Position numbers and translations under genes: made by a program. Shown piece after piece: positions 37,443 through 48,156 of a stretch of DNA of 64,000 nucleotides. Every line of letters begins with the position of its first letter. The first letter of the stretch is position 1. The DNA comes from a virus. Below the pieces are notes generated by a model. The model had not been told where the DNA came from. It was given only the letters and a program-made list of their open reading frames with translations, and ran no database searches. The stretch covers positions 46,039 to 110,038 of IMG/VR virus record IMGVR_UViG_3300000944_000005; one strand, written 5' to 3'.

Positions 37443-37926
37443 ATTAAAACCCCTTGAAGAGATTTAGGTGCCGCATATTTCAAACTCGCCATGTGGCCAA
37501 GCTTTCGTCATGCCGCCATCTGTAGTATGTGTCCCTTGACTGTGTAAAACATCGGGCCACGGGTGCGGTGGATGCAACGGAATTTGATGGACGCGATTCC
37601 GGCAGAGGTTAGATCGGGGAGACGGTAGTCTCCGCGTAACTCGATCCTCTGGGATACGTCGTTCCTGGAATAGTTTCGCGCTCTGACTTAGAGGTGGTGT
37701 ACAACCCTGGTAGAAAGTTAGGGTACAATCACCACGCATAAAAACACAGTTAGCTGTCGTTTAACCGCTAAACGTGTTCACTCGTTAGTCGTCTTGATGT
37801 TGACGATCTTCGAGTTTTGTTGAGAACATTGTAATTGGAAGCGTTAGTAGCGTCCAGATCACAGTGATAAGGTTTACAATGGCATCTTCCAGCCACTGAA
37901 GTTCAGATTCAGGTTTATTATTTGAC

Positions 37927-40900
37927 ATGACGTCGATTCAAACAGTAAGTAAAACATCAGCTATATCGACTGCTGATGTTGGTAAGATCCTCACCGCGAT
38001 CACCGCGGATAAGGTATCAGGGCGTAAACAAAGTAACGTCGACCGAATTGTACAGATCCGGAAACTTGCGCAACAAGGGGGAATGCATACACTGGAACCG
38101 CTTCTCCCGTTGTGTTTAACACTGCAAGGAGAACCGTACGAATTATCGGATCACTTCCCATTCTCACCTGTGTTCCATACGACAATGCCGTCGTCACTGG
38201 TTCTAAAAACTGGCCGGCAGGTTTCGAAATGCGTCCGAAAAAACTCAGTGTTCAACCGTGTCTACGACCAGTACGGTCGACGTAACCGGTTGGAGGATTT
38301 AACACCGGGTCAACTGGTGCAATCTCTGGACATCAAAACTTTTCGATCAGGTAACCGTGAGGTCCTATTTCAACATCGCAACCCGACCAAAACCTGTTAC
38401 TTCATTCGTACCCGTAGGGGTGTCGAAATGGAGTTGGCTGGTACTCATCCGCTGTACACGTACAACGGGTGGACCACAGTGGGTGATCTTGATGTAGGTG
38501 ATCGCATCATTCACGTTCGTCAGGGTGGGAAGTTCGGACGTAAGAAAGTTGATGACCGGCGTATTCGTGTCACAGCCTACATGCTGGGTGATGGGTCTTT
38601 TCGCGGTAGTTACAGTTTTACGGCTAACCGCGAGACAAGCGCCCTTACGGAGATGCGAAGCCTACTTCAAGACTTCAGGGAGTACCCAAAATCAGAGAGT
38701 AAGGCGACTAGTCTTTGCGTTAATCACGACCATGTAATCTACGACTGGTCGCGTGAGGATAACTTACATGGCAAACTATCACACGAGAAATATATTCCGG
38801 ATTGGGTGTTCTTGTTACCACGTGTTAGTACTCGTACGTTTATTGAGCGACTGTGGGCAACCGACGGAATGGTTAAACTGCATAAGTCCAAAGCAACAAT
38901 TTCGTACACGTCTACGTCCCGAGAACTTGTTTACGATCTCAAGTCATTACTTTCAAAGTTCGGTATTCCGACGTCAGTTAAAGAGAGAACTGGTGCTTAC
39001 AAGAAGCCTGACGGGAGGAAAGTTAAATGTCGGCAATACTGGGTACTCCGCGTGGAGACTTTAGCAGGTTGGCGGACGTTTATGTCGGAGTTCAATGTAC
39101 CCGATAAACCAGGATTCGCGTTACCTGAACGAGAACCCAACAACAACCGATACACGACACCGGTTGAAATCGGTGAGCTTATCAGTGATATTGCGGGTGA
39201 GTGTAGAGGTACTAGTAAAACTGCACTCTTACAGTACGGGCTAAGGAAGAAACCAAAGTACCCGCCGTCACGGGCTAAGATGCGACGTTATTTGGATTTC
39301 TTTCAGGCGTATCGTCCAGACCATCCGAGACTAGGTGAGTTTTCGAAATATGTTGACCGATGTGTAGATTGGGACGAGATCGTAGAGATCCGAAATATCG
39401 GTAAACACGAGTGTATCGACATAGAGGTAGCGGATACTCACAACTACTTACTGGACGGCGTAGCCGCACACAATTCGACGTCACTCGCGTCACACGGCGT
39501 GATGCTGGCGAATTGCATCCCCTTTTTTCGAACCCTGTATGTGACTCCACTTTACGAACAGATCCGCCGCTTCTCCAATAATTATGTAAGACCGTTTATT
39601 GATCGCTCACCGATCAAACCTTTATGGTCCGGTACCTCAACAGAGAACTCAGTTCTTCAACGTTCATTCAAGAACTTGTCGATGATGATTTTCTCTTTCG
39701 CATTGATGGATGCGGATCGTGTTCGTGGTATCTCCGCTGATAAAGTTGCGATCGACGAAGTCCAGGACATGGATCCTGATCACCTCCCGATTATTCGTGA
39801 GGTTATGTCACACTCCAAATACGGGTTGTTTCAATTCACCGGGGTCTTGGCCCCGTCCTTTGGTTAGGGCGGGGCCAAGGCCTTGAACATGTAACTCCAA
39901 AATCTTTGGACAACCCTCTCGAAGGTCTCTTCCGTAGATCGTCACAAGCAGAGTGGTTCATCCCATGTCATGCATGTGGTAAGGATAACATCCCGACAAT
40001 CGAGTTTCATATTGATGCGATGATCGGTCCGTATCATGACGAGATTTCAGAGAACTGTCCGGCAACAATTTGTTACAACTGTCGTCGTCCGATCTTTCCT
40101 CGTCAAGGTCGTTGGGTTCATCGTTACCCGCAGCGGCGTTGGAAGATGGCTGGGTATCATGTACCTCAGATCATCATGCCGTTGCACTACAGTTCACCAG
40201 ACAAGTGGGCGACGTTGTTAGCTAAACGGGAGGGTTGGGGTAACACAACTCAAGCGATGTTCTACAACGAAGTCTTGGGTGAGTCTGTCGATGCGGGGCA
40301 GAAGCTTATCTCAGAATCGGAACTACGTGGCGCTGCAAGTCTTCCGTGGAAGAACAACCCAGATGATCCTAGTCGTCTGATGACTGACCGTCTTCAACAT
40401 TACACCAAACGTGTGTTGTCTGTTGACTGGGGTGGTGGCGGTGAAGACGGTACTTCGTTTACAGCACTTTCGTTGTTGGGTATGACACCTACTGGGCAGA
40501 TCCACGTACTTTGGGGTAAACGATTAATCGTCTCACAGGAGCATTTACGTGAAGCTCGTGAAGTGTTTCACTGGTTCCGTGTGTTCAATTGTCACTTGAT
40601 GGCACATGACTATACCGGAGCCGGTACAGTACGTGAGACTGTTATGGTACAGGCCGGTATATCCTTAGACAGTGTGATGGCGATGCGGTTAGTACGATCA
40701 GCATCTGCAGGTTTGGTGACATTCAAACCACCGACTCCGATTCATCCGCGTCAGCACTACAATATTGATAAGACGAGAACGTTACTCTACACATTCCAAG
40801 CGATCAAACTTAAATTGATTCAGACGTTCTCGTACGACTATGTAAATGACGACAACCCAGGCCTTCTCTCCGACTTCCTTGCGTTAGTCGAAGAGAAAGC

Positions 40901-41138
40901 TGAGAGTCGTTTGTCTAGCGACATTTATACGATCACACGTAACCCGATGTTAACTGATGACTTTGCTCAGGCAGTTAACTTAGGTTGTGCGGCGTTGTGG
41001 CACTCTGAAGGTCGTTGGCCGAACTTTGCAGAGGCCGCAGCTATTGGTCGCGTGACCAACAGTCAGATCCTGGCAGCAGGAAATACTGATTATGGCTGGA
41101 ATGAAGATCGCCGAGGCGGGTTCTTCAATATGCCTTAA
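37927..41138 (+). CDS. terL: large terminase subunit (gpA-like), with an intein and split by a 50-nt frame-breaking hairpin at 39844-39893
   Basis: KTGRQVSK|ST Walker A, RVRGISAD, IDEVQD Walker B, FQFTG|TPKS, CHACG/CYNC Zn, FYNEVLG and VDWG nuclease motif. Confidence 0.85.
38230..39474 (+). mobile_element. intein (415 aa) with LAGLIDADG homing endonuclease, inserted in the terminase Walker A
   Basis: Starts at C (K|CVRKNS) and ends HN followed by S (AAHN|STS); HPLYT block B; LAGLIDADG-like YMLGDGS and LWATDGMV. Confidence 0.93.
39844..39893 (+). other. 50-nt GC-rich hairpin coding gap in terL
   Basis: GTCTTGGCCCCGTCCT-TTGGTT-AGGGCGGGGCCAAGGC stem (16+ bp) with an in-frame TAG; removing it joins FQFTG to TPKSLDN. 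Confidence 0.75.
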
Positions 41139-41150
41139 AGGGTACTGTCC

Positions 41151-41462
41151 TTAGCGCATCCTCCTTCGCGTCCCTATGTAGGCTACTAGCATAGAAAGCT
41201 CGCGATCAGTGGCGAAGCGATACCCCCGCCTGTCGTCGTTGAGGTACCTACATAGGGCTTCTTTGCTTTCATAGGAGCCATGAACCAAACCGTCGGTCAT
41301 AGCAATGAGGTGGATCATGCGTGAAGTGGGGTTGTACCCTACTTTCCACAGCACCGAAGCCAAGTAGCTAGTTGAATCATCGCCAGAGACCCGAAGTAGG
41401 TATTGGCCCGAACCTTCGAAGTCTTCTAACCTGAACGATTGCCGGGTGGTTTTACTGTTCAT
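41151..41462 (-). CDS. hypothetical protein
   Basis: 103-aa ORF. Confidence 0.55.
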   Translation of the reverse strand: MNSKTTRQSFRLEDFEGSGQYLLRVSGDDSTSYLASVLWKVGYNPTSRMIHLIAMTDGLVHGSYESKEALCRYLNDDRRGYRFATDRELSMLVAYIGTRRRMR

Positions 41463-41700
41463 CCTCGTAACCTTTCGTTAGTTCAAGTTTGTTTTGGATT
41501 CCTCTTGAAATGATACCGATGATAGTTCTTACGCTCATGAATACAGCCTCGTCGGGGTAATTGTATTCATCTTTCGCCAGTTCTCTTTTCATTTCAATTC
41601 TGTACTCTGCGCATATTCCTACACCGGTTATACCGCTGGCGTCTGGTCTTGTTAGTTGGACGTAATACCATGTACTATCATGTGAACCGAACTGGTCCAT
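41452..41700 (-). CDS. hypothetical protein
   Basis: 82-aa ORF. Confidence 0.5.
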   Translation of the reverse strand: MDQFGSHDSTWYYVQLTRPDASGITGVGICAEYRIEMKRELAKDEYNYPDEAVFMSVRTIIGIISRGIQNKLELTKGYEDEQ

Positions 41701-41908
41701 GACTTTCTTTGTAAGTCAGTTTTCATCATCGGTGACGTCTATCATCATGTCAAAATCTTGATTCATCAACCAGGACCAGATCATAGGCAATGTCAGTATT
41801 TTTGGTATGTGCTTGAACAACTTGAATTCTGTGTTAGTTGCACTCATCGTTTTCCTCTGTTATTGAAATCGTTTCGTTATTACCCGCTGATACCATTGGT
41901 ATCTTTAA

Positions 41909-42193
41909 TCAAAACGGCATACAATCATCACAAGCTCCGCAGTAACGCTGCGCTTTTTCATTGTAAGCGGCAGGTTTACCGCAAGCACAAATACTTGGAT
42001 CTGTTTTACTATAAGGTTGAGATTCCTCGGGTACGAGTTGACGGTTGGTCACACCAATGATTTGAATCTCTTCCTCTTCTTCCGTTTCACCAGACTCAGC
42101 TAATTCTTTAGCTTCGTCTAGTGTTTTGGCTTCGACTGTGTACTGCATACGGTAGTCGCGTGTTTCCCACACATCAATCTTGAACTGGGGCAT
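41909..42193 (-). CDS. hypothetical protein with C-terminal Zn motif
   Basis: From MPQFKIDV; CACG...CGAC. Confidence 0.55.
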   Translation of the reverse strand: MPQFKIDVWETRDYRMQYTVEAKTLDEAKELAESGETEEEEEIQIIGVTNRQLVPEESQPYSKTDPSICACGKPAAYNEKAQRYCGACDDCMPF

Positions 42194-42300
42194 TATCTTT
42201 CGGTTCCATGGGTTTCGGAGGTTCAGGTATGTCAATTAGTATAGTACCGGCCGGTGTTAGCGCGAACGCTGATGTAACAGGTACGAAATCACGAACGTCA

Positions 42301-45015
42301 TCAAGCCATGTTATTGTTGTTGACATATTTTTTCCAATTCTTCAATTTTTTGTTCCACCATTTAAGCGGTAGAAGCCACCCGATCTCATTATCGTTTCGG
42401 GTACCTTCACAAACCATTACGTTGTCGTCTTTCAACTTTTCAGTGATCAACAACACATCTGGTTCGATAGAGCCTTGACTCCGGACAGCGTCGACGAATC
42501 GACCTTGCCCAATCCACATCAGTTTTTCGTCTGTAAGTTGGTAGATTGCAGGAAGCCCAGCGTTACGGTCGTCACGTTCGTCGAACTCACCGTCGCCTCG
42601 GGTTAAGTGCCCTTCTGTGTGTAACTGGAACACCAGGTACGCAAACCAATCACTAGCACGCGTGTGCTTAGGTGTGTAAAGAATCTCGTGCGCAGATTCA
42701 ACTGCATCCGGACTCCCACCGATATGGTGGAACCACTCCTGTAGATCCGATAGGATATCGCGAGCGAGATCCGGGTGTTTCTGTGGGAGTAGTAATTTAC
42801 GCCTGAACAAGTCGCGTAAATAACTGGGTATCAAGTACGGAACTGCGGACTTACACAAACTCAGTGAACCGAGTTTCCGCGACTGCCATACGACATTAAC
42901 GTTATGTTGTATGGCAAGTATCTTTGATGCAACGCCGGTAAGTGGTACTAACAACCGATCGGACCAAGGCCCAGTCAGGTCATCACTATCCGAAACTACA
43001 GTTTTTGGATTCAACACCACAGGCCATTGATGACCTTGGAAGCTTTGTTCGAGTGATTTTAGTTTGTTGGAGACTAAACAACCTAACGCTGTAGCCACGC
43101 CTACCCCGATAGTCTCAGCACCGTCTCCACATAACAGAGTTAATTTTTGGTTCCTATTTACCGCGTCAGCGAGAATGTTGGCGATTACGCACGCGGTTGT
43201 AGCCCAGACGATCTGAGTCTCTTCATTGAACGCACTAAGCGTCTTCAGGTGTTTTGTAGGAAACGCGTCAGGTGGACTTTTTAATTTACACCCAGGTAAC
43301 GACAACTCCGGGAAAAGACTTCGGTAATCTTCGGATAACGTACCGCCTTTCTCAATCACGAAATTCGTAAAGTTGAATCGTTGCTGTTCGTTATCCCACC
43401 CAATGGTCCGTACGCCATCTACAATTTTGGGTGAGTTGAATCGTAATGCTAGATGTACGGCTTTACGATTCCATTTTGGATATATCTGTGGTACTCCGAC
43501 GCCTTGCTGGTCTCGGATGAAACCTACAACCCAGTTCAACAATCCTTTATGCAGTACGTCTTGCAATTCAAGGAACGGATACTCTTTACCTTTGTACTTT
43601 ACAACACCTCGGTAGTAACTCCGATTATTGGTGCGTATAACTAAATCAATGCGTACGCGAGCATCAGATATACACTCTTCGGCTTTTCGATCAGCTTTGA
43701 CAAACCAACCGTCTGCGCGATCATGGACTATACGTCCGTTAAACCTAACAGTGTTGTGCCAACTACGACTCTCTTTGAGTGTCTCTATACGTTTACAGAT
43801 ATGGTCAGGGCACCCGTCAATAAAAGCAGACAAGTCACGACCAAAAATTCCGAGTTCACTAAACACACGATCAATTTCGTTGTCAGGTAACTCAGTGATA
43901 TACTGCTGTAACGCTTGGTGCCAGGGTAAGAACTCATTTTGTAGTCGATTGAGTAACTGGAGCGGTCCAAAATTTTCCAACGCCTTCACGTTTACAGTAC
44001 GTTTTTTTATCACATCACATGCGACGTTGGCGTTCGCGGCCATCGCTTGACTGATTGTTTTAAGCGGGTCAGTACCATGGAATATGAGACGCTTACGATC
44101 AAATAACTCCCACACATAACCAGCGGTGTAACCAGGCGAATCGAATGTACCAATAACAGGTAAAGGTTGACTGGATTCACGTAACTGTGCTATCTGAAAA
44201 CAAGCAGCTAACTCAGGATTCGTGAACACGAAGTTGTATCGGTTTAATTGGTACTTCGCACAGGAGACGATAGCAGGTAAAAAGATAACACCACTTTCCC
44301 GTTCACTCTCAATACTGTCGGGTCGGTGACGGTAAGGTACAAATTGCCAATCGTCAGCTCCAGCATCGCGTCCGACACACAACAATCCTGTCGGACGACC
44401 AGGTAACGCGTATGCGGGAAACACCATCAGGTGGTTCCATTTTTTACCTTTGAATAATTGAGATCGTGTTATTTTGTTGAACTGTTTGGAATTAGCCTCT
44501 ACAACACTATTCACAATATTTCGATGACTCATCCCCATAAGCGGCGTAGTACGCTCCAACCACGTGACATTCGGGTTGTGTTTGAAAAAGTGCCGCTGCA
44601 ACATTTGTGAACTGGTATTTGGTGGGTCAAGCATGTCACGCCGGAGTTCCCGAATCAGTTTTAGGTAATTTTCCCGGTATTCTCCGTAATACTTAACATG
44701 ACTTGCTACCAAGACTGGGTCGACTATTGTTGGGTCGAAATTATGCTCGGTTACAAGTCTTTGTAAGGTCTGCGGGATTGTGAGCTTCCAAGCAGCTGCA
44801 GATAGGGCTATCATATCACCCGCAAACTCACATGCGCGGCAGTAGGCCCATGTTCCCGAATCGATGGGGTCGTCGTACACGTTCAACCGTGTAGCTGCAC
44901 GACAAACCGGGCACCTTGCTGTTGCAGGTAGAGCTTTCGACTTGGTTTTGCAACCATGCAGTTCTAAAATTTGATGACAATCAACTTGTCGATTCAGGGA
45001 GGAATATCTCGTCAT
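42301..45015 (-). CDS. putative primase / replication protein with N-terminal CHC2-like zinc-binding domain
   Basis: CPVC...WAYCRACEFAGDMI pattern of the DnaG Zn domain; IGWD...FNF in the C-terminal half resembles DUF927-type primase-helicases. Confidence 0.6.
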   Translation of the reverse strand: MTRYSSLNRQVDCHQILELHGCKTKSKALPATARCPVCRAATRLNVYDDPIDSGTWAYCRACEFAGDMIALSAAAWKLTIPQTLQRLVTEHNFDPTIVDPVLVASHVKYYGEYRENYLKLIRELRRDMLDPPNTSSQMLQRHFFKHNPNVTWLERTTPLMGMSHRNIVNSVVEANSKQFNKITRSQLFKGKKWNHLMVFPAYALPGRPTGLLCVGRDAGADDWQFVPYRHRPDSIESERESGVIFLPAIVSCAKYQLNRYNFVFTNPELAACFQIAQLRESSQPLPVIGTFDSPGYTAGYVWELFDRKRLIFHGTDPLKTISQAMAANANVACDVIKKRTVNVKALENFGPLQLLNRLQNEFLPWHQALQQYITELPDNEIDRVFSELGIFGRDLSAFIDGCPDHICKRIETLKESRSWHNTVRFNGRIVHDRADGWFVKADRKAEECISDARVRIDLVIRTNNRSYYRGVVKYKGKEYPFLELQDVLHKGLLNWVVGFIRDQQGVGVPQIYPKWNRKAVHLALRFNSPKIVDGVRTIGWDNEQQRFNFTNFVIEKGGTLSEDYRSLFPELSLPGCKLKSPPDAFPTKHLKTLSAFNEETQIVWATTACVIANILADAVNRNQKLTLLCGDGAETIGVGVATALGCLVSNKLKSLEQSFQGHQWPVVLNPKTVVSDSDDLTGPWSDRLLVPLTGVASKILAIQHNVNVVWQSRKLGSLSLCKSAVPYLIPSYLRDLFRRKLLLPQKHPDLARDILSDLQEWFHHIGGSPDAVESAHEILYTPKHTRASDWFAYLVFQLHTEGHLTRGDGEFDERDDRNAGLPAIYQLTDEKLMWIGQGRFVDAVRSQGSIEPDVLLITEKLKDDNVMVCEGTRNDNEIGWLLPLKWWNKKLKNWKKYVNNNNMA

Positions 45016-46207
45016 GAGTCAAGTTATAACCGATCACACGCAGGATCTTACAGGTAGTGAACAATATCGACTGACCCAGCTTTATCAACCACCGGGGTTC
45101 GTGAAGCAAGCCAGTCATGAACAGCTCTGCGGCGGACCTGAACAAATTCCGCAGCATCTCTACGCAGATCCTCGTAACCGTAACTTTCCTTGTCATACCA
45201 AGGCTGCTACGTGGATGTCCGCACTGTTCTTCGGGGATGTACGCAAAAGTCTTGACCCAGAAGTGGCCGAGACTGTTGCAACAAAACTTATCAAGACCGC
45301 AGGATACTGGAAGATCAGCCCCGAGGTAACAGAACTTTGGGAAAAGATGGCACAAGATGAAGCCCAAGGTCAACCGCGTCTGGCGGATTCGGACTTTGCA
45401 TTCGTGTGGCAGGCCGGTGACCAGAAAGAGCGACATTACCCATTACGTAATCCAACTGAGGTAAAAATGGCGTCTCACTGGTTCGGTGAGCACCATGATC
45501 AGTTCAATTTTGAAGACAAGCATACTGTGGCTCGTAAGATCCTAGTCAAAGCTAGTCAGATGGGCGCCGTTGTTGACAACCAGGAGCTCCTGGATCGTTG
45601 TGCTGGTTTTGGTTATTGCTCGTCAGAAGATGCAGCAAAGGCCTGGGACAAGCGAGCACACTTACTTCAATCTAGTCATCCCGAGTACTCTAATGAAGCG
45701 GTGAAAGTTGCAACTTCATTACGTAGTGCTACTTTTGAAGCACGTGATCAAGGTAGGCGGATCAAGATGGCTGGGTTGATGGGTCAATTCGATCAACAAA
45801 CTCATTTGAATCGGTTGTACGATGACGGCCTTGAACGACCAGAAGACGTACTATTTCAGATTACTGAGAAAGTAGCTTCTGAGTTCTTACAAAGTAACGT
45901 CACAACCACCACAGGCGCCATCTACGAAAAGATGGCCCTGGAGCGGTTGGACATTGAAACAGTTCGTTCGTGGCTTGGTGACGACCTTGCTGAAGCCTGT
46001 GGTGGAATCAGTATGGACGTGGAGAAGTTGGCAGAAATTCTACCAACCCTCCCTCGTCCCGACGCCGAGATGTTCGAACGGATGGCACAAGCAGCTGGTA
46101 TCTCAGTTTACGCTCGCGAGAAGTCTGCTGCCGATCGCGGGATGTCACTGGATGAGATGCGGGCAGCAGCTAAGCAGTACAAACCGACAGAACAACCGAC
46201 ACTTTAA
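45014..46207 (+). CDS. hypothetical protein (possibly virion or morphogenesis)
   Basis: 397-aa ORF with GGAGG SD; recurring KxA(S) peptides. Confidence 0.7.
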   Translation: MSQVITDHTQDLTGSEQYRLTQLYQPPGFVKQASHEQLCGGPEQIPQHLYADPRNRNFPCHTKAATWMSALFFGDVRKSLDPEVAETVATKLIKTAGYWKISPEVTELWEKMAQDEAQGQPRLADSDFAFVWQAGDQKERHYPLRNPTEVKMASHWFGEHHDQFNFEDKHTVARKILVKASQMGAVVDNQELLDRCAGFGYCSSEDAAKAWDKRAHLLQSSHPEYSNEAVKVATSLRSATFEARDQGRRIKMAGLMGQFDQQTHLNRLYDDGLERPEDVLFQITEKVASEFLQSNVTTTTGAIYEKMALERLDIETVRSWLGDDLAEACGGISMDVEKLAEILPTLPRPDAEMFERMAQAAGISVYAREKSAADRGMSLDEMRAAAKQYKPTEQPTL

Positions 46208-46557
46208 TTGTCAGTGAAGTCTCCCGGCCGTATCTCTTGAGACTTAGGGATCTCCCCAATGAACTCCCATTGTGGGAGATCCTCTTTGATCTCATCCAGG
46301 TTACGATCGCTATATCGGACACCGTGTACGAGGCAAACAAATTGCTTCCGTTGGCCGCACCATGTTGTGATAGTGAGTTGGTTATCTAACGGTGCGTCTG
46401 GTCCGTGTACGTTTGGCATTCCTTCTACGTTGATTAAACGTAACCCAGGGAACAATGTTGTACCCGGTGGGAAATCGTTATATTTCATTTCGAATAGCCA
46501 AAGCATACCTTTGTGGCAACTGACAGGTAGTTGGAAAACTACTGGTAGGTTATTCAA
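46204..46557 (-). CDS. hypothetical protein
   Basis: 117-aa ORF. Confidence 0.5.
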   Translation of the reverse strand: MNNLPVVFQLPVSCHKGMLWLFEMKYNDFPPGTTLFPGLRLINVEGMPNVHGPDAPLDNQLTITTWCGQRKQFVCLVHGVRYSDRNLDEIKEDLPQWEFIGEIPKSQEIRPGDFTDN

Positions 46558-46804
46558 CTGAGTCTCCGGATGTCGGTGTTGTGACCTTTTGTGGTTTCCC
46601 TAAACCAAGCTCAGCGCGGACGATGCGTACACAACCAGGTGCGTTGGTACCGATACGCACTACTGATCCTTTGATCTTCGCTACTGTAGAAGTAATAATA
46701 GCAGGTTCGCCTGTCTGTTGTACTTCAGCAAGCAACGATTTTAAAGTTGCCTCATCTAGAATATGGTGGATTGATTGATCTACTCTTCTTGAGAGTATGA
46801 GCAT
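46550..46804 (-). CDS. divergent CsrA-like protein with internal helical insertion
   Basis: MLILSRRVDQSI ... VVRIGTNAP..VRIVRAEL matches the CsrA termini, with about 18 extra residues. Confidence 0.75.
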   Translation of the reverse strand: MLILSRRVDQSIHHILDEATLKSLLAEVQQTGEPAIITSTVAKIKGSVVRIGTNAPGCVRIVRAELGLGKPQKVTTPTSGDSVE

Positions 46805-46867
46805 ACTGCTCTCCTTATCTTTTAAAAATTCCCTAGTACTCGGATATTCGTATCAGGTTTACGAACA

Positions 46868-47585
46868 TTAAACAGCCGGTGCGGTAATCTCGTCCGGCGT
46901 GCGTTGGAGGTGTTCGAGTAGTTGTTCTTCCCAACGGGATTTCTTCTGTCTCCAGCAGATCCCGCAAGTAGAACAGGTGGTCTTCCGTTTTTGTGTGATC
47001 CCCATCTCTGTGGGACATACAGGAATACCATTGGCACGTTTCAAGATTGTGGCTTGCCCGTCCCGAAAGACGAGATCACAATCGTTGGGTGCGTTTTGAG
47101 CGTCGATGTCGTTGATAGCCATATAGTAGGGGCTGGTCCAGTCTCGCGGTCGATAGACCACCAGAGTTCCATGTTGGGCAACCCAGCAAGTTTAACTAGC
47201 TCAGGTAGCATGTGATCAACCCGCCACGATCGTGTGTAAGCGAAGAACTGAATACTCCGTGATCGCTCTATGACTTCAATCCATTTGTGAATGTATGGAT
47301 TAGAATAGAAGTCACCAGAGACGTGAATCCTCATGACTCGTACGAAATTCGACTCAAGTGTCGAAACCATCCAGTCAGTAAACTCAGGTTGCTGACTGTA
47401 CTTGAAGTTACGTTTGTGACTCTCTGACACATTAGGCATCAGAAAGAAACCACGTTTCGCATAACATCTTGTTCTACAGAGACAGCTCTCACCTGGACAT
47501 CCCAATCACGGCCGGCCGGTATCGACCAACTGTTGATTAAAGGACCCAGTTTATTGTTGGTGTGAGATATTGCTGCTACTGGCAT
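46868..47585 (-). pseudogene. Gp88-like (radical-SAM-related) gene broken by two -1 frame changes
   Basis: MPVAAISHTNNKLGPLINSWSIPAG | GCPGESCLCRTRCYA...RIHVSGDFY...FAYTRSW...WSIDRETG | YMAIND...DLVFRD...VCP...CSTCGIC. Breaks fall at a GGG run (about 47500) and a CCCC run (about 47130) on the minus strand. Confidence 0.6.
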
Positions 47586-48156
47586 CGGGTTCTTTTATAA
47601 ACTCCAGCTCGTTTTGATTGACACAGATTAGTTGACCAGGTTGTCCGTCACGAAACGGGGTGATCAATTCGACCAGAGTAACCGCGTGGGATTCAGGAAA
47701 CTCATCAGTAACGTCGTGGTGGGCAATGTAGTAACCTTCGAAGACCTTATCGTACACAATCGGATGACCGTATACGTCTTTGTCGGTTGGTAATTCTTCC
47801 GGGCGATCCTTTAAGTATCGGAACCAGACTTTGGAATCACTTCTCCAGATCACTTTACCGTCACGTTCGACACGACTAATACCGACGGTAGGAAGGTAAA
47901 GATGTTCTCCGACAATATCTGATTCACAACAAACACTGCTCTGCTTCCTAGGTCCAATAACTTTCTTAGTCCTAATAACTGCGTAACCCTTACGGGCAGT
48001 ACAGTATCGGAACTCGCTGAACGTGAACTGTCTGTCGCTGCGAGGAAACACCAAGTCACCGGGTTGTATAAGCTCAGTGAACTCAGCTTCACTTCGATCC
48101 ATCTCTTCGAGGATCTCGTTGATTACCTCATCTACTTCGTCTACTTCGTCTGTCAT
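47551..48156 (-). CDS. hypothetical protein
   Basis: 201-aa ORF. Confidence 0.6.
   Translation of the reverse strand: MTDEVDEVDEVINEILEEMDRSEAEFTELIQPGDLVFPRSDRQFTFSEFRYCTARKGYAVIRTKKVIGPRKQSSVCCESDIVGEHLYLPTVGISRVERDGKVIWRSDSKVWFRYLKDRPEELPTDKDVYGHPIVYDKVFEGYYIAHHDVTDEFPESHAVTLVELITPFRDGQPGQLICVNQNELEFIKEPDASSSNISHQQ

Noticed and set aside
37464-37739. 91-aa minus-strand ORF in the region upstream of terL
   Set aside because: No SD or recognisable motif and atypical composition; the region may be regulatory, but I could not support a specific structure.
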